Below, piece by piece: positions 1 through 13,835 of a stretch of DNA of 64,000 nucleotides. Both the position numbers and the translations under genes were made by a program. The notes under the pieces are model-generated. The model did no database searches, had not been told where the DNA came from, and saw only the letters and a program-made list of their open reading frames with translations. Source of the DNA: the human T2T-CHM13v2.0 reference genome, Homo sapiens; assembly GCF_009914755.1 (NCBI RefSeq), contig NC_060935.1, one strand, 5' to 3'. Within the stretch, counting starts at the first letter, position 1. Every line of letters begins with the position of its first letter.

Positions 1-637
1 CCATTTGAATACCCTTTATTTCTTTCTCTTGCCTAACTGTGGTGAGAGAGGGCTTCCTTGTCTTGTGCTGGTTTTCAAAGGGAATGTTTCCAGCTTTTGC
101 TCATTCAGTATGATATTGGCTGTGGGTTTGTCATAAATAGCTCTTATTATTTTGAGATACATTTCATTAATACCTAGTTTATTGAGAGTTTTTAGCATGA
201 AGGGCTGTTGAATTTTGTTGAAGGCCTTTTCTGCATCTATTGAGATATTCCTGTGGTTTTTGTCATTGGTTCTGTTTACGTGATGAATTACATTTATTGA
301 ATTGCGTATGTCGAACTAGCCTTACATCCCAGGGATGAAGCCGCCTTGATCGTGGTAGATAAGCTTTTTGATTCACTACTGGATTCAGTTTGCCAGTATT
401 TTATTGAGGATATTTGCATCGATGTTCATCAGGAATATTGGCCTGAAATTTTCTTTGTGTGTGTGTGTGTCTCTGCCAGATTTTGGTATCAGGATGATGC
501 TGGCCTCATAAAATGAGTTAGAGAGGAGTCCTTCTTTTTCTTTTGCTTGGAATAGTTTCAGAAAGAATGGTATCAGCTCCTCTTTGTACCTCTAGTAGAA
601 TTTGGCTGTGAATCCGTCTGGTCCTGGGCTTTTTTTT
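1..637 (-). mobile_element. L1 (L1PA-type) ORF2 fragment
   Basis: ORF 16..198 translates to L1 RT ([10 protein letters not shown]...[11 protein letters not shown]...RQGSPLSP); truncated by the window edge. Confidence 0.93.
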
Positions 638-947
638 ACAACAATAACAAACTGCCATCTGCTTTTTATCACCTACTTGTAAGAAATTCTACACAATATT
701 GATAACAGAATACTCCTCTCATAAAAAAAAAAGTTGATTTCAATTCTATCTGAATAATTACCTGCTTCAGAGGCTGCCCTTGGCATGACTCTGTGTCATC
801 TGTTCTCTTCGGGCCTCAGAGGAAACTGAACAGAAAGCTACTCCTGCCTATGTCCTGTTGTGTATCTAGAGGGACAATTTAGCCTCCAGCTTTACACTGC
901 CTCCAGAGCTCAATTACATAGAAAAACCCAACCGTCCTCAGGACACT

Positions 948-967
948 TTGCTGCTATCTGCTGGGCA
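948..967 (-). promoter_or_regulatory. CTCF motif with a core mismatch
   Basis: Minus strand TGCCCAGCAGATAGCAGCAA versus canonical CCAGCAGATGGCAGCA; single mismatch at + position 955. Confidence 0.65.
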
Positions 968-2840
968 ATTGTGAAAAGTACACAAAAAGTGGTTGGAGCC
1001 TCAGATTTGCCTAGCGTTCCCCCTAAACACTCACATGGGACGGTACTTTGTGTGTGCATGTTATTGTATAAATGCATGTGCCCTCAACTATCAGAAAGCA
1101 TATGGACCATTTAGCATTATCTAAGCTATAAAGAGTTGAGATGCAAAATTTCCTTCCATATTACTTTTTTCTGTTGTCTAGCAAGAGTGGTACCCGAAAA
1201 TCACTGGAGTGGTCTTGAGGATTTTAGGTGTCTCTGTGTGCAAGTGCTGGAGGGAGGAAATAAAGAGGGTGCCAGTATATGGAAGTGTAGAGAAGCTGTA
1301 TCATTTAAGAAAGTGAGACAGGAAGAGATGTAAGAGGAAGAAAAGGAAGCTCAGAAGTCCTGATGAAATTACATTACACTGTGTCGGGCTTTGTTCTAAG
1401 TGCTGGATGTATATATTTTCTCATCCTGTGATCATGGAGTATTATTATGTTTAACTATCTCCATTCTGCAAACAGAGAAGGAGATACCAAAAAGTTATAA
1501 AAGTTGCTCAATATAATGTTTGTGTGTTTGAAGAAGTAAATAGGTTTCTGGAGGGAAAGTGCTCATACATCTGTCTGGTCTGCTGGATTAGATGCCAGTG
1601 ACCTCTCTGAGCCTATGCTGACCCTGAGTTTCAGATCCGTAAGGGCAGTGGCAATCTGTTGTGAAAGGGACTCATGTTAGTGCCGAGGTCAGTGGCCCTA
1701 AGCTCCAAGACCAGGCTTGCCCATGCCAGCAGCCTCTCTACTGTGGCTCTTGGGGCTGCAGCAAAAACAAATGCAGATGGGCAATAGTTATTTTCAGTGA
1801 GTGAACCTGGGGGCTTCCTTTGCTTCTGCCCTTATAAATAAAAATAAATTTTCCAAGCCAGCTGCAACTCTGCCATCAGCAGTTGCCCTGAAGACTGCAG
1901 TAGAATGTCACCAACAGGTCATTGCAGGAAACTGAAACTTAGGTCTTTGTTTCCAAAGTTTGGGAAATACTCATAGTGTCTGAACATGGGGTGAGAAGGG
2001 AAAGGAAAACTGGGTTGTTTATAACTGTTGGGAAACAAAAATGTGCTGTGTTTTTATGAGGTTTCTCTTCAGTTGCTTTTCATTTGTTTGAGAGGAAATC
2101 TACTGCTTGGTTAATATAAAGTATCTATTAGGCAGAAAGTTGCCCATACCACTGTTCTGGAGGGTGTAGTTCCTCTGTACTTTATGACTTGTGCATGACA
2201 TTTTGTCCTGAAAAGAGTACTCATTGTTTGAGGGGCTACAGTGAAACACAAAGAAAAGAGGAAGACAGAAGGTCAAACAAGGGGAAAATATTTATATATA
2301 TATTTGGCACTCAGGGACTTTTATAAATTGCTGAGCTGTATAAAAATGGTACATTAAGTAAAAATAAAACAACTTTGAGGTTCCTAGGAAACTTATATTT
2401 TCCTCTTTTTCTTTTTTTGGTATTCCTTCAGAAAGGATCAGCTTTATAAAAAGGTGAGATGATAAATGTTTCAGAATAACTTGTAATGTTTATATGCTAA
2501 TCGTGAAACTTTATAAACATAGATAAAAGAGTAGAAAATGATAAAACAGATATCTACATATCTTCCCCGAGATTCAGGTGACATGATCATTTTCTGTATT
2601 TAGATACATCGTTTTCCTCCTTACAGAAATAAAATGCTGCAGGTAGCCCCAAAGCTCTCCCTGTCTCCTCCTCCCCCTCCCTCCTTCCCCAGAGGTATTC
2701 ACAGTTAGGAGGGAACTTCCTCTGTCTCTAGCCTCACATTTCCTTCCAGCAGAACTTCCTATAGAGAAACACACCTGTTTATTTCCTCTCCTTAACCTGA
2801 TTCTCTTCAGGGAAAGAGGAATGCTGCACAAAGTTGCAGA

Positions 2841-2930
2841 GTTTGGAAGGAGGGCTTGGGCTTGTGTGGTTCAGCCCCTCTGTGTTTGGAAGGAGGGCTT
2901 GGGTTTGTGTGGCTCAGCCCCTCTGTGTTT
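2841..2930 (+). repeat. 43-bp tandem duplication (2 copies, 2 mismatches)
   Basis: gtttggaaggagggcttggg(c/t)ttgtgtgg(t/c)tcagcccctctgt at 2841 and 2884. Confidence 0.9.
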
Positions 2931-3254
2931 CTTCATTTGTTTGGGAGACAGTCTTCCTACTAGACAGCATCATCACCTGCTCTTCCCTTCCCTTGCTAGG
3001 GTTTGGAGGTGCCTCTTCTTACAGAGGAGGCCTGGCATGACCCAGCTCTGCCAGTGACTGGTTTGGCACATTAATTGAATTTCATTTGGCCTTGAGTTGA
3101 AGGAATTCTTTTCTTATTTTGCAAGTCACTCTAAAGAGAGGACTAGAAGAAAGGGGTATTGTGTATAGGCCCTAGTTCCCCAAAAAACCTATGTTCAGAG
3201 ACTAGGAACTTTGAAAAATATATTAAAAAAAGCACTTGGGGAGATTGATGCATC

Positions 3255-4375
3255 TGATAGCAGTAGGAGGTAGACAAATCCTAGGCAAACAGGGGCAGGT
3301 GTCTGGTGAAAACCATCTTCAAATCAAAGACAGTTTAAAGCCTGAAAGCCAAGCTACAAGTCTTGACAAATCCACAGACCAGATTGAGAACCTATCTTCC
3401 TGTTTGGCATGCTTTCCTCTGAATGATTCTTACCTTTCACCTGTTTTACATGTACCTACCCTTCCCTAATTGGTCTTTTACGTTGTCATGCCCACCTTTG
3501 AGTGTTGCCTTTGTTTTAGCCTTTTTTGCATACTCACAAGCCAATCAGCACTCACTCTGCCATTCTGAGCCCATAAAAGCCCCAGACTCAGCCATACTTG
3601 GGAACTGACCACCTCCGGGTGAGAGAGAACACCCAACTTTGGTTGGGGGACCACCCTTGCATCCCCTCTCTGCCAAGAGCTGTTCAGTCTCTCAATAAAA
3701 TCCTCCTCCACTCTCCTCACCTTTCAATTATCAGCATAACCTCATTCTTCTGGGACGTGGGACAAGAACTCAGAACCCACCGAATGTGGGTACAAAGAAG
3801 GCCGTAACACTGTGGCCCTCTGCCCTATGACAGTGGCGGGAGCCACCCCATGCAATGAGAAGCAGTGGCAGGAACAAGCCAGCCCTGGAGCTGCAGGCTG
3901 GAGTGAGGCTATGGGACTGACAGAGCTGTTTACACACTACCATCCATCAAGCTGCAGATGGTGCGACTAAAATTGCTATTAGTGTGCTGCAACACCCCCT
4001 CTGGGGTTTCAGCATTGTGGACACTTCTGCCTGGGTGCCACCGTGTTCTCCTCATCTGGATGCTGGAGTCCACTGTGGGAGTCACTTGTGACATGCCTGG
4101 TCAAGCCCTGCATGAAGCCTGCTCCTGTGTCAGTGCTTGGAACGGCTGGCCCAATCCCTCACTCACTCACTCACACACCTCCTCCCACTAGGGGATGAGG
4201 GCACTGTTGTAGTGTACATGGGATCCATGCTGGAGTGCAAACCAGGCATGGTCTGGCAGGCTGAGTAGATGGGGCATCTCCTACAGTGAGCCCAGAACTG
4301 AGCAAGGCCTGGGTAGGGGCCATCACCAGCCAGAGGTCTCCAGCTTGCAAAGTGGTCAAGAAAAATCCTGTGTCA
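3255..4375 (+). mobile_element. ERV1-class solo LTR (LTR27/LTR28/MER52-like)
   Basis: TG...CA termini, 4-bp TSD CATC (3251-3254, 4376-4379), internal CATAAAA and AATAAA. Confidence 0.85.
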
Positions 4376-5322
4376 CATCTGTGGTAGCCTTGATTGGGTG
4401 GTTTCAAGTCAACAATGAAGTCCAGTGTTGGTTCTACATTGGTAACACAGTAGTATGTCACTTAGGGGCATCATGGGACACTGGGAGATGAGGTGGACAA
4501 GCCTTGTTTGAACAATGGATGCTTTTGGAACACTAAGAGTCTTGAAGACTCAATGAAAGGGGTATGTTAGGAAGACAAAAATGTCCAGACCAGTAAGAAA
4601 AAAAAAAGACAAAAGAAAGAGAAAAGAAAATAGAATATACTATAATCAATTAACGTCATCAACCTTACAATGTTACATCAACAGATATGGAACTGGATCC
4701 AATTAAGGAGCAGATGAATTGTTAGGAGCTCAGTCAAGCATTCCAAAATGTGGGAACACTTCAGAAGGATGCAGAATTCGAGGGTCATACATAAATCATG
4801 CAGAAACAAAATGCTGTGGATAAAAGAAACATTTCCATTTCTTTGAGGTACCACAGTATTTTAGGATGAAGCACCACACACAAGGCCTGAAAGATCAAAG
4901 GCTGAAGAGATGCTAGACTCTGGAGTGGAGCACATTGGTGGAGGGACTGGCTGTCCTGAGCCTCCAAGGGCCACCGGCTCCCTAGGCCTACATAGCAGCT
5001 TTGGTTCACCCTTTCTCTCAGAGCTGTTCTTTGGCTGAAATTACAATGAGGACAAGGGGAAAATTGTGCCTGTAAGGTTTGCTTTAGAAGCCTAAATGAT
5101 TCCATTGAAAGAAACAGTGGCCATAGCTACTGTGGCAAGGGACTTTTGTCACTAGAGACAGATCTCACTTGATGCAACATGAGGATGCCAGGAACACAGA
5201 GACCAGAGAGGAAATGAATATCAGGAGGTTTTGAATAAGGCCAATGGGACAGAAGTGCCTCAAGAGTGACTTTGGAACCTGGGGCCATCACCAAATTTGT
5301 AAACTTTGCAAAGGTACCATAA

Positions 5323-5931
5323 TGTAAACCAAAAATAAAATTCTAAGGCCCCAACCATCTGAATGGACTTCCTCCTCAGCCAGGGCTCTTTTAAAATTTA
5401 ACCCAAAAGACTGGTTCAGGCCTTGATGGGAAGTGGGGGTCGAGCATGCTTCCTTATACCTCTCTGGCATTAACATCAACACAGACTTTAGGTCTGATAA
5501 AAAAAAACATTTTACAGCCTATTGCCTCTGAAGCCTGCTACCTAGAGGCTTCATCTTTATCATAAAACTTTGGTCTCCACAACCACTTATCACAAACCAG
5601 ATATTCCTTTCTATTGATTCCAGATCTTTGAATAAACTCAACCAATTATCAACCAGAAAATGTTTACATTTACCTATGGCCTGGAAGCCCCCACAACCTG
5701 CCTCTTGCTTCGAGTTGTCTCACCTTTCTGGAAAAAAGCAATATCTTTCTTAAATGTATTTGATTGATGTCCCGTGACTCCCTAGAATGTATAAAACCAA
5801 GCTGCACCCTGATCACCTTGGGCACATGTTCCGAGGATCTCCTGATGGCTGTGTCACAGGCCATGGTCACTCATATTTGGTTCGGAATAAATCTCTTCAA
5901 ATATTTTAGAGTTTGACTCTTTTCATTGACA
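5323..5931 (+). mobile_element. MER4-family solo LTR (ERV1)
   Basis: Starts TGTAAACCAAAAATAAAATTCTAAG, ends TTTCATTGACA; 4-bp TSD ATAA. Confidence 0.9.
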
Positions 5932-6440
5932 ATAATATCTCAAAGGCCATGCTCTGAAAGAGAATATAATATGCACACACTGATTTCTCCGTCCTCCACT
6001 GATGGCAGCATGAAAAGGTGCCTGAATTCAGGGTTAATTGATTTTAACACAAATCATTGACTCTGAAAATCTGGAGTTGATTGTCATCCTTGAGATTGAA
6101 AATCAAGGTTTCTTTTTCTCCGTCTACCCTCCTTCCTTCAGATACTCCTGAGTTATTGCTTTGGTGTTTGGAAATAATATCATGGGTATAGATTAAGTAT
6201 TGGGTCTGGTACATAATTTTCCCTGGGCTAACTGTTTAAGAAGCTTGATATTACTGTCATCATCTACATTTTGCAAATGTGAAGCTGGTACTAAGAAAAG
6301 TTGGAATACTGCTAAAAAAGAAAACCATCCTTAACCCCATGCAGAATTTGAGGGATATCACTGAATGAAAAGTAGCAAAACCAAAAAATGAAGCAGGATG
6401 ATTTTGGGAGTGTTTTTTTAACTCCCAGGGTAAAGGAGTT

Positions 6441-6825
<385 letters not shown>

Positions 6826-6979
6826 TAATGAAAGAGAATTTACACCAAACTGTGTAGCATAATTATATTGTTTATAATGTAGAATTGGAAAGTTTTGTCT
6901 TATTTTAGTGAACTATGTTGGACAACATGGTTTAGCAGAACAGAGTGAAAAAACAAAAGAAAAATTAAAATATCTTAAA

Positions 6980-7615
6980 TAAACTTTTCTATCAGAAAAG
7001 TTTTAGACTTACAGAAGACTTGTGAAGGGAGCAGAGAGTTCTCCTGTGCCCCACACCCAGTTTCTCCAATTATGAACATCTTACTAATGTATGATGCACC
7101 ATTAATGAACCAATATTGAACATTATTGCTAACTGAAGTCCACACTTTCTTATCAAGATTTCCTTAGATTCTGATCTAATGTTCTTTTCTGTTCCAGGAT
7201 CCCATCCAAGGTGCAGCATTCCACTTAGGTGTCCATCTCCTTAGGCCCCTCTAGGCTGTGACAGTTTTTCGTACCTTCTTTGTGTTTTATAACTTTGAGA
7301 GTTCTGAGGAGTACTGGTGACGTGTTTTGTAGAAACTCCCTCAACTGGAAGTTACCTGATATTTTTCTCATGATTAGACTGGTGTTTGGGTTTTGTGGAA
7401 GGAGATCACAGATATAAAGAGCCAGTATCATCACATCCCATCAACAGCCCACACTATCAACATGACTTACCACTGTTACTCTTAGTCACTTGGTTGAGGT
7501 AGTGATGTCAGGCTTCTTCACTGTAAATTTACTCTTTTTATTCCCCTTTACATTCTGTATTCTTTGGAAGGAAGTCACTATTCACAGCCCAGACTTAAGG
7601 GGTGGGGAGTTACGT
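6980..7615 (-). mobile_element. Old L1M (L1MC-like) 3' end
   Basis: Resembles antisense L1MC 3' UTR (ttttagacttacagaa...gagagttc...cacccagtttc). Confidence 0.65.
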
Positions 7616-7699
7616 TTATGAATCCAAAGCCCGATGGCCTGTGTGTTCTTTTGCCATAGGCTCCACTCAGTGAACTGAGAGGTTGCTGAGACCTGTGAT

Positions 7700-8250
7700 T
7701 CAAACAGCAAATGGAGTCAATGGGGTCCAGGAGAAGAGTGGGGTGGGTGGCCCTTTAGAGGTCCTCCTGAGTGTCCTGTTGGTTGGGGTCCAACTCCATG
7801 GTAACAGTCTTTATGGTAAGCCAGTAGATGAGTATATTCAAGAGATCTACATCAGGTATTGTAGGAGTGATACCAGTAGCCAAATAGGTCTACCAATTGC
7901 TGGGGTTTTTTTTGTGGTTTTTGGTGGGGAGGGACAGAGAAGTTCAAAATCTTGACAATCATCTTTGCAATGAGAGGCTTTTCTGCTTTCTGAATTATGC
8001 CCAGGAGTTTTATTAGTTTCATTTGGATATTATTAGGTCTTTTTATCTTGTCTGTGTTAATGGCCCAGCTGGGTTGCTGCATGTGGATCAACAGGGTGTC
8101 TAGTCCTTGTTGGGCAGTCCCTTCATCTGAGCCCACCAGGAAGAGACAATCAATATAGCAGAAGGGCAGAGCTTTCTCCAGGAGTGAGACTGTGTGTAAC
8201 TCATGGCCCATCACTCCATGGCAGATACCTGGGAGCTTAGGTGGCCTTGC
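7700..8250 (-). mobile_element. Degenerate ERVL-type pol (reverse transcriptase) fragment
   Basis: ORF 7852..8349 has CYIDCLFLVG (decayed YIDD), WAINTDKIKRP, KLLGI and QQLVDLFGYW, collinear with ERVL RT motifs HYIDD/WEINPxKIQGP/KFLGV/QRLVGLFGFW. Confidence 0.8.
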
Positions 8251-10080
8251 CTGTGCATGTGCTCTGCTGTATTGGTGGTGGCTGTTCTCAGGGCACTGCA
8301 AGGGACAGTGTCTGGAGTGACATGGCTGCATGGTGCCCCTCTCCCTCACTAAGTTCTACAAGATTGCCTTCTTTATCATGCTTACCTCTGAAGTCTGCAG
8401 TGAAATATTATTAAACCACCCACGCATTCTCAGTATAATTACAACTTGGTAATGATATATGTTACACTGTGGGATTATATTTCCTTGTGTTTTAAATATG
8501 ATTTTTCAGAGACTGAAAAATATCTGAAAACTTCTCCATCTCTTAGTGTGCTGGTTGGGTTTAGATCAAGATCTTTTAAAATGAATTTGTGAGCATTCCC
8601 TTTTTAAAAAAAAATCTTCTGAATATTTTGAATAAAATTTCCATTGTCTATTATTTTTAGTATCATATAACTCACTTCTCAGGGCATGGTGTTTTATTTA
8701 TTTAATTATTTATTCAATTTGCATATGTATATTTTAAATTACTTCTAATTTTCAGGGTATTAATATTTATTTTAAATAGTAAGTATAGTGTATTCATTTT
8801 TATTTAGATTACTAATATATCAGATTTTAAATGTATAACATCTTATATTTTCCTTTCTATTCACCATTATTTAATTGTTCTTATTTTTCCAATTTCTTTT
8901 TTTCTATTAGACTGCCAAAATTTTGTTTAATTTCCTTCTTATTATTTGATGGAAGACCCAAGAATTGCCCTATGGATTAAACAATCACAGACAATCACCA
9001 TGTAGGCCCTCAAAGTTGTACCATATATTAAGTTGGCTTCGCATTTTCTCAGTTCTCATGCTGGATGTGGTTGAAGAGAGAAAAGGCAGTATTCCTGGAA
9101 AACAGAACTGGAAGTGGCTGAACTGTTAGGCCAAGAAACACACATTACTATTTAGGCAGAGTTCCCTATTAAGACAGAGCTCCCTTAATATTTTAATGAA
9201 GTATTAAGTGCATGGGGCTTTTGGTTTGACATTCACTTGGGAAAGGCTGAATGCACATCAGTTAGCTGTGATCATTGTTGGAAGAATGGATCAGAAGAAA
9301 GTGTCCTTGGGCATAGGGCAGACAAAGGAGTGACCTGTAGTATGCACTTGTTGCCTGCCCAGAATCCATCTTCCACTTTCCTCTTCCCAGCAATCTGTGA
9401 CTTCTGACTGGGGATCCATGTAATTCTGAGGACTGACTCCGTCCCTGCCTCCACTGTGCTCTGGCTCTAGGCCCAGTCAATGTGCTTTTCACACCCCCTT
9501 TCCACTGCAATGATTGAATCAGCGTGGACATGTAACCTTACATGGTCTCATCAGAATGATTCTCAATCGTCTTGTTTTGAAACTCTAGACTATTCTAAAA
9601 ACACTATTCTTCCAAACTACAGGGTGATATATGGATGTAAGGCCTAGACTTGATGTAGACATTTTTGCTAAGCGGTGGGAAATCAGCCTAAGCATGAAGC
9701 CAACACACAGAAGAGGGTAGAGCTAATACACTACACAAAGGTACACAAGAGTTGGGGCTGGAGCCTCCATGACATCTAAACATCTAAACCAGTAGCTCCA
9801 ATCTTATCTGAAGTTCACCTCAACTCTGTAGTCTTCAGAAACATTAGCCTACATTTTTTGTTTTGACTTTCTCTATATGATAAATAATGTACTCCTCCCT
9901 CCTCCCATCCTTTGCATTTAGAAACACAAAAAATGATTTGTTTAATGTCACAAAGACCATTATTTCTCCAATTCAGATTGTAATTTAGATAAGTAAACAA
10001 TCAAAATCCTTTACTCTGAGCCCTGGAAATGAAGGATGAAAATTGAGGAGAGAAAAACAAAGAAACCAGGGCATTCATGG

Positions 10081-10582
10081 TGTTAGATACAGTTAGGTTC
10101 CCACTTCAAACAGCTTATCCAGTTTCCCTGTTCTCTATCCTATAATTCCACATACCCCCTTGCCTTTGCTGCACCCCAACTTGTCTGAACCTAGGCATGC
10201 CTGAACTTGCTACAACCCCAGTCCACATTCCTTTCCTTATTAGGGAATAGGTTACCTTCCTAATGTCCCCGTAAATGACCCCTCGTCTCTCTCTTCTCAC
10301 CTTCCTTACATGTCTACCTTATCTAAGAAAGTTTAAATGTTTAGCCAGTCACGACTAGTTAGACTGTGCTGTCCAACCCTAGCCAATAGAGGAAACACAC
10401 AGAAGCAGAAGCTGCATTAGAGATAATAAAACCCCTGCTTTCCTTTGTTCTGTGTGCTCTCGCCATTGCTCCATATGCGAGACACACCCTTCTGCAGAAG
10501 TAAATTTGCCTTGCTGAGAGACCCTTTGTCCTTTGTTTCAGCGCTAGTTCTTTTTTGTGACACTGAGCATGTGTTTCCAACA
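10081..10582 (+). mobile_element. LTR10-family solo LTR (ERV1)
   Basis: TGTTAGAT...CCAACA termini; 4-bp TSD ATGG on both sides. Confidence 0.85.
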
Positions 10583-11129
10583 ATGGGGACAGGAATGGAA
10601 AAATGAGTTGGAGAGAGGCAATAAAAATCTTTCTTCTCTTGACTAATATATGAAAAACACTGGCACCACCAAGTAAAAAAGATAAGATCCCCTCCCACCA
10701 GGAATTTAGGCTCCTTATGGGTACTCAGACAAACGGTTTTTCTAAGCTGTAGGAAACTGATACTAAATTGACAAATCTTGATGAATACCTCATAGGCTGT
10801 GGCATTCAATGCTACTATTTTGGACCTTACGGTGCAAAAGAAATACATTAATACACTGCCTAACATTCATATCAAGTAATTACACTGTCTACTATTGCTA
10901 CATTGTCTTATTTTGCTCTTGTTCCAAATTCACATAATTTTCCCTGTTGTTATTACTCTCTTTTCATGAATGAAGAGGTTTTTGAAAACAGGTTTGCTAC
11001 AGCAACAATTCTCTGCTTCACACAGGAGGGACTCCTAAGTGCCAGCCTCTGTATATGTGAACAGGGCTGCCATTTTGTTCTCACCAGTCTAAAGTTATCC
11101 TAGGTTCCTATTCCAAATGAGCTACCACT

Positions 11130-12750
11130 CACAGTTATTTTATTCAGCCAATATTTATTAAGTATCTGGCCCATGCAGACCTATGCAAGAGATCAGTAAT
11201 ACCTGTAGAAGATAATGTCCCTGCCCTTGAACACAGTACATAGGGAGCATCACGAGAGCACAAAAAGTTCAGATGTGTTGGCTAAAATTTCCCTTGGGAA
11301 GAGGAGGATTCATTGAAAATTAACATTCAAATAATGCTTTCAAAGAAGAGCAGGTGCTTGCAGCCATATGCATTCTAGGTAGGGGAATCAGTGCGCACAG
11401 AGGCTAGAGCCCTGAAACAGTTTGGCTTACTGGGGGGAACTGCAAACACTTTGTTATGATTCTGTCACAGTGGGAGAAGTGACAGTTTCATTTGGGTGAG
11501 AGGTAAGATCCTGGACGTGCAAAATGTGGAATTCACAGGACTTCAAATGCTTACTGGAGACATTGGGCTTTGTCATGCAGTCAATGTGCAGACACAGAAA
11601 GATTCAAGCAGCACAGTGACAAAATCCCATTTCTATTCCAAAAGTTCCTATTACAGTAGTGAATGTAAGGGTACGGAAAGGCAAATGAAGGTCAGAAAAT
11701 CCAAAACAATAAGACATGGGATAGAATATTAATATTAGGCAATAAAAGATCTAAGGAAAATTCTCAAGTATGACAAAGGAGGGCATTTATAATGATATGT
11801 TGTTTAGAATCTTATGATCAAATAACATATAATATTCTACTAATAAAAAAATGCCTAGGAGTGTGAGAAACTAACAAAAACACAGTACTCATGAGAATTT
11901 TTAACATATGTAAGTTTTGAGGAATGTAAGCCAAAAAAGATGATTTGAATTACAAAATACTTGAATGAATCAACACTAAAGAAAGCATGCTTTTTAAGAA
12001 CCCTTGGTACATTGGCAACAATTGACCAAATATTCATCCCAAAACCTCACTAACTTAAAACAAAAAATCCAGCCCACATTAACTAATCAATAAAGCTAGA
12101 GGTAAGTAATACAAATATTTGTTACCAAAATAAGATTAATTTCAAGCCCAATGAATATTTATAGACTTTTAATTGTTAATAACCAGATTAAATGCCTAAA
12201 GTGAATATATTTTGGTCATACTAAAACAAAAATATAAAGTGTTCAGTAATTCACTTAAGTGGAAACATGAAGAACTTTTATGAGGAAAGACATACGCCTT
12301 TTATTTAGAAACATAGACAGAGACTTGACTGTATTGACTTATTTCTGGTTGTCAGTTATTCCACATTTTTTTCAGATGTAATATAATATACTTTCAAATA
12401 AATCTCTTGTGGAAATTGACTTAATGTTCTTTATGTCCATGTGGAATGAGTATGACTAGCCAAAAGTATTTTAATAAAGACTAATGTTGAAGTAAAGACA
12501 GTACTATCAGAAATTAAAATGGAGTATACAATAACTAATACAAGTGATGCGTTGTGTTAAAAAAGACTGAATGGCAAGAAAATGAGAATAGAATGCCCAC
12601 ATAGTAATCATAGAAAAAATATAAATGGATGAAGTGCAGGACCAGACAATTTAACTAAAGAAATAGAAATGGCCATGCACTTATGCATGAAAAAATGGAT
12701 TTGAAAGCAAATAATTTGTATAATGAAATAAACGAAAAGTGATGTGTTTT
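11130..12750. mobile_element. Ancient L2 and L1M fragments
   Basis: L2 3'-end-like tattcagccaatatttattaag at ~11140; A-rich decayed L1-like sequence after ~11750; boundaries approximate. Confidence 0.5.
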
Positions 12751-13835
12751 GAAATGCAAAAAGAAAAAAAAAGTGGTTGGTGGAGAAAAGCTCTGAGAGC
12801 ACCACAAGAGGAACAGTTAAGATATGAAAGTCCCTGGAAAAGAGGAAGCTGGGACAGGACATGCAACATTGCACTTTTCACAGGATCAGCACCAAGAGCT
12901 TGGAGTTCAAGTTCCCAGGTACTTTAGTTCAGTAAGACTATGTGATAGCTGTTATGCGGTCATCTGGGGGCTGGTGGTGAAACTCAAGCCCTGCCGTCTT
13001 CTTATTGTGTTTAGTCGGAATGTACAACAATTATGCCCATGAGGCAATTTCATGGCATGGCATTGGTATATTTGCTTCAGGGCTAGACTGACAGTCAAGT
13101 GAGGAAGACTGAAGCCGAAGACTGAACATCAGAGTTATACATCTTGACATCCTTTGTCCTTACTTGTATTTTAAAAACCCAGGCCCAGATAACTCCAACA
13201 CTCGGTTTCTCCTATACCTGACATTTGGAACCTTGTATTATTAGTTCAGAAGAAGTACTGAAGAGGCCTCAGTGCACAGGCTCGGGACTGATCTTGTAAC
13301 AAAGGTGATCAGATGACACCCAGGCCCAGCTGGTCTCAGCCAAATGGCTCAGGGTTGACCCTAAATATGGAAAACCAGAGAATCAGGACTATGGCTGCCT
13401 ACCATGCCCTGAATAACCAGTTATATGGATTGTCATCTGGTAGAAATCCTATGCAGGGGGTGTTAATGTCATCCTTTGTGGAGTCTCTTGGTTGGATCTT
13501 CAACCACTTAATATTTTCATCAAGAATTTAGTTGCTGATCCTATTTGCAAATGATCCAAAAACAAGAAGTATAATTTATAAAACGAGAGTGTCCAGATTG
13601 AAGATACAACCCAAAAGTCTGGAACATGAGCGTTGGAATACAGATCAAATTTAATCAGGTAAAATTAAAGTCCCAAGCTTATGTTTAAAAACAAATCACC
13701 TGCACAAACCTGAGATGGGACTAGAACTTGCTTAACAGAAGTTAATGTGAGAAAGGCCTGGGCCCTTCTACTAGTTAGCTGAAAGGATGGAGACAGAAGC
13801 AAAAGACTCTCCAAGAAGTCTGCCTTTGCCTCTAG

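Noticed and set aside
5994-6011. ccactgatggcagca, CTCF-like
   Set aside because: Spacing is off by one base in the core, so the 5' half does not match
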